From the human T2T-CHM13v2.0 reference genome, Homo sapiens, in NCBI RefSeq assembly GCF_009914755.1, contig NC_060932.1: a stretch of DNA of 64,000 nucleotides; one strand, written 5' to 3'. Positions 58,131 through 64,000 of this stretch are shown here, piece by piece (positions within the stretch are counted from its first letter, which is position 1; each line of letters opens with the position of its first letter). A program made the position numbers and the translations under genes. The notes beneath the pieces are model-generated. The model saw only the letters and a program-made list of their open reading frames with translations, was not told the DNA's origin and did not search any database.

Positions 58131-58562
58131 CTTCCTTCTGAATGGCCTCCAAAATGCTTTCCTAGCTACAAAATTTTTCCACAGATCCCCCTCAGTGCCT
58201 TAGTTTGAAGGCAGGTAGGCATACATTCCTCACGGAGAAATCAGACAGAGGTACTGCAAGCACAGGAGGCAATGGCAGTGCACAGGAAGGGAATCTAACT
58301 TCGAACGGAAAAAATGGGAATGTGTTTGCAGAACTGCAAAGTAGTCCAGTTTGGCTAGAGCACAGATAATACGTAAAGCACCAGGAGGTGATGGCTGGGG
58401 TAGGAGAGGGCAAATAGGAGTCAAGGCTATTATGTGGGAAATCTGGCACCAGATTACCTGCTTTAGAACTCCAGTTTCCCTCTGTGAGCCTGAGCAAATT
58501 ATTCAACCTCTGTGTCTCTGTTTACTCATAAGAAAAATGGGAGTAATAGTAATGTCTAATTC

Positions 58563-58919
58563 TGTCCAGGTGCAGTGGCTCACACCTATAATCCCAGCAC
58601 TTTGGGAGGCTGAGGCAGGTGCATTGCTTGAACTCAGGATTTTGAGACAGCCTGGGCAACATGGAGAAACCCCATCTCTACAGTCTCTACAAAAAAAATA
58701 CAAAAATTAGCCAGCATGGTGGCATGTGCCTATGGTCCCAGCTACCAGGGAGGCTGAGGTGGGAGGATCGCTTGAGCCTGAGGGGGCAGCAGGCAGTGAA
58801 AGTTGTAGTGAGCTTTGATCATGCCACTGCACTCTAGCATGGGTGACAGAGAAAGACCCTGTCTCAAAATAATAATAATAATCATCATCATCATCATCAT
58901 TATCATCATCACCATCATC
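58563..58919 (+). mobile_element. AluJ with (AAT)n(CAT)n tail, inserted in a MIR (~58450-59035)
   Basis: Dimeric Alu; MIR core ctctgtttactcataagaaaaatggg before it and gttactaaggattagatga after it. Confidence 0.9.
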
Positions 58920-61479
58920 TACTTCCTAAAGTTACTAAGGATTAGATGAATAGGGTTAATAAGTACTCAGAAAAAGTTAATAGAGTTAATAAGTACTCAG
59001 AAAAGTGTCTGACCACAGTGAATGTTCAGTAAAAGCTGCTTGATGGAAAGCGATGTCTTGGTTTGTTAAAAGGGGGTGGTGTGGCTGCTTCCACGCGCAA
59101 ATGTTTGCATTTTAGTCACTAAATATAACTATCTTTGATGTCATCAAAGCATAAAGGGTGCATACTGCAAGCGATTCCAAAATGGTCCATGACTCTTTTC
59201 AACAGAGAGTGGGAGGATTGGCTGAGTCACAGGAAATGCAACAGATTAAGGCCTTAGAAAAGAAGTTCATTAGCATCAAGCTGGCCCAGCATCAGTAAAG
59301 GACAGATTATTTATGCCTTATGACTGTAGTTTGACAATGCTTGCAAAGCTCAACGGTAGGATTTCTTCATTTCCTATTACCTATCCCCTAGAACAACTTT
59401 TATTTTGGATACAATCCAACCAATACTTAAATTTTGCTTCTTAGAAGATAAATTTTAAAAATTTAGATAATATGGGTGGTTTAATAGAAATGAAATTTGG
59501 CCAACTGCTATAGGTTAATAAATATTAGTCTAGAAGTCAGGGACATGGGGTACTTTTTCAGTTTCACTTGAATCTTTTAACCTCCAAGATGATCCAGTGA
59601 CATTTGAGTGAAAACTTTATACTAAAACTGGTTCAATGCTAGAACTTGAATCTATAAATTGTGGCCAAGATTTTTTTTAAATGTACATACTGTACAGTTA
59701 TATAGGACTAAAATTAATTCCATAGAAAATCCAAAAGTCAGAAACCACACAGTCATTAGTTTGCTTTTTGACACTGAAACAAAACAGAAATCAATATAAT
59801 ATTTTTCTCACTTTATCCCATATCTTATTTTTAAATTTATGATTGGAATAAGAAATTGGCATACATTAAAGTTCTTCTAAGTTAACTTAAAACAATAAAT
59901 GACTCATCAAGTTTGTATAATTAAAATATTAAACAAGCATACCTAAACACTTATTTTCAGGTAACTCCTTCAAAATTTTTTAGAAAACAAGAAAGGAAAG
60001 GAGGGAGAGAGAGTGATGAAGAAAGGGAGAGAAGGAAGAAGGTAAGGAAGACTGGAAGGGAGGAAAGAGATAAAATGAACAAACATATTTACACAACATT
60101 TTCTATATCAACTGATTTACATTGTTGTTGGGTGGAAAGTCCTGCTATCATTTGCCATCAGAGTCACATCAGCCTGGCCTGATGTCACATGATTTCTCTG
60201 CCATTGCAATCTCCTACACAGAATGTCAGAGGTTAATGACTAGTCCCATGAAATACAAGAAAGAGGAAAATTATTAACTACCTGTCAATATTTGTTAACT
60301 TTGAAACACATGGCTTTTTAATATTTTAATGAAGGATCATGCATGTGACCTCTGTCTTGGAACAAACTTGTCGACATTGCTCTAAGAAGGAGATCAATAT
60401 ACTATATTACCATAAACCTTTGCAAAAAATGCACTGAGAGAGACTGCATCATAGCCAGCACTAAGGAGTATCTGCTGTGAATAAATACATTCAGTGCTGG
60501 GGCCATAGCATTGTGCCCATGTGTGAGAGAATAGACAGTGAAAGAGAAAAAGAGAAAGGAAATGTTTGTCTAAATCATCCAATTACAAGAACCTAAGCAG
60601 ATAGCTAGAGGGCACAGCTAAAAGTCTTGCTAAAGTGTACCCTCCATAAATTACCAGATTTTTTAAAATTTTAAAAGAAATATTATGACATTAAAGATAT
60701 ATAAAATAAAAATATCTGTAAATTTATTACCCTTTTAATTGAATGCATTACTTTTCATATTTTACTTAATTGTTGTCAAGCCCTGAGCAGGCCTAGCATC
60801 ATCTCAGCTATCTGATGCTCCTGACTTATGTCTTACATTGGCCCTCTCCTGAATCCAATAGGAACAAAATCTGGAAAGCTAGCAGGAGCTTCTAAGGCTC
60901 TGGTCAGTAGGATTTAGAGCAGCTTCTACTTCTCCATACTCAAGGATTCTGTAGCTGTTGGGGTTCTACAATTTTAATTGCTCAAAAATTTTGGAAATTA
61001 CTCCAGTCAAAGGGAGGCCTAACTTCCTATTTGATCTGACTTCCACTCCCATCAACAACTGCTCACCTCTGCTGGAATCTCTTGAGCATTTAGGGTTTCA
61101 AAGTGTTTCCTAGTCTTTGACACCAAAAAGAGCCCTGCTCGGCTTTTGAGCCATCAGGCTAGAGCTTGCTCTCCAATCTCTATCTACATAGGGGTAAGGC
61201 TCCAGTTTCAATCTCCTGGGACTTTTCTTTGGTTGATATTTCAGGAAAATTCTTCCTGTGTCTCTGACTCGCCCTCCATCTGCATGTCACACTTCTGAAG
61301 CTAGGTGTTCTCCATCATTCAGTTCAAATGCCCTTTGAGTGGGAAGCCTATGCAGCATCAGATGGGACTGACTATGTAGATTGCTGTCTTCCTGACCATA
61401 GGATTTACTAGTTGTCTAGATCTTATTCCTTGTTTATCTTACTTCAATTATCTCTCAATATTCATGTGCAAGTGGCTGG

Positions 61480-62330
61480 CCTTGCACATTAGTATATATT
61501 AAGCCTTTCATAAGAGCCATCTTTTACAGTTGCAACCATAATGAGTTGACTATACTATATTATTTTGTAGTTTAGTAGAATTTTTCTGAAGTCCAAATTG
61601 CTTTATATTCTCCATAATAGTTCATTTGAATCATTATGTAATATTCTGTTCAGTTAAAATCATCATTTACATAACCATTTTTCTATTGCTGTCATAAGTC
61701 TTTGCCTCTACTGGTAAGGCTAAATAGTGTATTGATTTAGAGTACAAAATCCACAGTCTGATACCTGTTGCTCAGTGGCAAGTTATTTAAACAATTTGCG
61801 CCTCATTTTCCTTATCAATAAGATGAGAAAAGGACATTTGTGAGGATTAAATGAGTATGTCAGCACCGAAAATGCAAACATCTCCGGTGCAGGGTATTAT
61901 ATAAGTGTTGGCTGTTAGGGCTATTATTTCACTTTCACTGCATAGAAAAAGTTCAATGAATATTCTCTCCATGTATATTTTGATTTAGAATAAATTATTT
62001 TCTTAAGAATATATTCCACATACTGCATTTGCTCAGTCAAGAGAAGACAAATTTTGTAACTTTTGGCCTATAGCCAAATTGCTTTCCAAAAAGATTATGC
62101 TAATTTGTAATATATATTAAAACACTAGTTTTGAAGTTTGACAAAATTGTTAACCATTTTTATTTTGTTGTTGATTAATATTAAATAAAATATTTTATTT
62201 TTATTTCTCTGATTATTCACAAGTATAAGGGTTTTTTACAGTATGTTTGCTAAATAATTCATTATGTTTTTTTCTAAGTAAAATGTGCTGTTTATTTAAT
62301 ATTGTGTGAAGTCTTTCATAATATTCTGAG
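61480..62330 (-). mobile_element. Old L1ME 3' region with nested MIR (~61715-61920)
   Basis: catttacataaccatttttctattgctg, gccaaattgctttccaaaaagatt; MIR motif ggcaagttatttaa...gtgaggattaaatgag. Confidence 0.6.
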
Positions 62331-62948
62331 CAATTGTAAAATCAATGCATCCCACTTTTGATAATACAGAAGTAAATCTACAATTCAAGAAATGTAAGAT
62401 TGGCAGACTCATTCAAAACGGTATTTTTCTTGGTATTTAAAATAGAATTACATGATATACAATCTTCCAAGGTGCCCAGTGAAAGTAAGCACTTGTATAA
62501 CTATGTGTGTCTCCCTCTGAGTCCATTAAACTTAAGGTACTGATTGATAGATCAATTAATTGCCTGGACTAATCAAGAGCAAGAAGACATGGGAAGGCCA
62601 TGGCATTTTTGTTTACTATTATCAATATGAATTACTTATTGCATTTTGTGAGTTTAAAATCTGCTTCAAATTTTAAGTAAATTTTTATAATAATGACTCA
62701 TGATATTGATGATGATGATGATGAAATACCTATTAGTTTTCAAGCATCAAATATGTACCAGACATTGCACTAAATATTTGACATCGATAAACTCTAATCC
62801 TCATAAATTCTTCACAAACTGTTTTCAGATGAAGCAACTGAGAATCTGAGACTATAAGTTTCTTGCCCAAGAATGAATGAATAGTACATGTCTATGGAAT
62901 AACTAGCTATTCAGTAGGAGTAGGAGCTGTCATTTTAAGGTAACCCAG

Positions 62949-63402
62949 TGCTATGGATTGAGTTTGTCTCCATCAATACTCACGCTGAAATTTGATCACT
63001 AATGTGGCAGTTTTGGGGAGATGGAGCCTAGTGGGAGGTGTTTGGATAATGAGGGTGGATCCTTCATGAATAGATTGGTACTCTTCTCCCAGTAATGAGT
63101 TCTTGCTCTGGCAAGACTGAATAAGTTCTCATGGGAATGAATTAATCCTGTGAGAGTGGGTTGTTATAAAGCCAGGATGCCCCTGTGGGTTTTGCATCTT
63201 TGCATGAGCCTGCTTTCCTTTTGACCTTTTCCACCATGTTGTGATGCGGCACGAAAAGCCTTCACCAGAAGCCGAGCAGAAGGAGGCACCATGCTTCCTG
63301 TACTTCCCAGCCTGCAGAACCATGAGCTAAATAAACAATTTTTCTTTATAAATTACCCAGCCTCCGGTATTCTGTTATAGCAACACTAAATGAACTAAAA
63401 TA
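62949..63402 (+). mobile_element. MSTB1/MSTB2-like MaLR LTR
   Basis: tgctatggattgagtttgtc...cccagcctgcagaaccatgagc...gcaacactaaatgaactaaaata; TSD cccag/cccac. Confidence 0.88.
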
Positions 63403-64000
63403 CCCACAAATATTCATTAATATAAAATAAAAAATGATATGAAATGCTGTCTTGCTGCTGAGGAAGACTGCAGTTCATCTTCTGTCTCTCTAAATACTGA
63501 AGGATATTTATACAAGACGCAATATAGACAAAGCTATTTTTCATCATATGAAACAAAATTATCCTTCTGTGGAATTTTGTTTTTTGCTTATATTAGATGA
63601 GAGAACTAAAACTAAATTTCCATTAGTACCTCATATTCTGTGTACCTTCAAAATTGTGTCAACTTACTTTCAGGCTTGGGAATTTATTTTCTTTCATAAT
63701 TTTACCTTGGACTTGGTGCACGGGACAACCAAAAGTGTAGTGTCCGTCACTATTTGCTCTGGACAAATTGGTTTCTAGGAATTACTGGCAGTTTTCCTAG
63801 ATAAACATGAAGATTCTGAAAATAAACACATATTATCTGTAAAGACACCTAACATGAGAACCTCACAGGAGCTTAGAGTTGGCCAACAATCATATTCATT
63901 CATTCATTCACAAACAATTTTAACTATTTTTAAGCATTGTGATGGATTTTAAAGGGAAACAAAGATAAATAAGAAATAGTCCCAGATCCCTAAGATCTCC

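Overview
This is AT-rich, repeat-dense primate genomic DNA, most likely human because it carries an AluYb-lineage insertion. I find no supportable protein-coding exon, RNA gene or CpG-island promoter. All long ORFs with recognisable products are broken LINE-1 ORF1/ORF2 pieces or an ERV-L pol remnant. The window is mostly layered transposons: L1PA/L1MA/L1M, Alu J/S/Y, solo LTRs (MER11C, LTR2B, LTR28-like, MLT2, THE1C, MST, MLT1, MER31-like), a one-LTR MER4-group provirus, L2, MIR and hAT/mariner MITEs. I do not see a new gene system. The interesting signals are mechanistic fossils: (1) a one-LTR provirus flanked by a ~180-bp direct duplication instead of a 4-5-bp TSD; (2) a near-full-length L1PA with a ~4.5-kb twin-priming inversion; (3) a MER11C LTR whose R-region poly(A) signal appears deleted; (4) deletion scars beside a head-to-head Alu pair; (5) an internal inversion in an old L1; (6) fold-back/template-switch micro-rearrangements; (7) a candidate TCF/AP-1/ARE enhancer in unique DNA. 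Repeat subfamily names come from my recollection of consensus sequences and need RepeatMasker/Dfam confirmation. Boundaries of old repeats are approximate.
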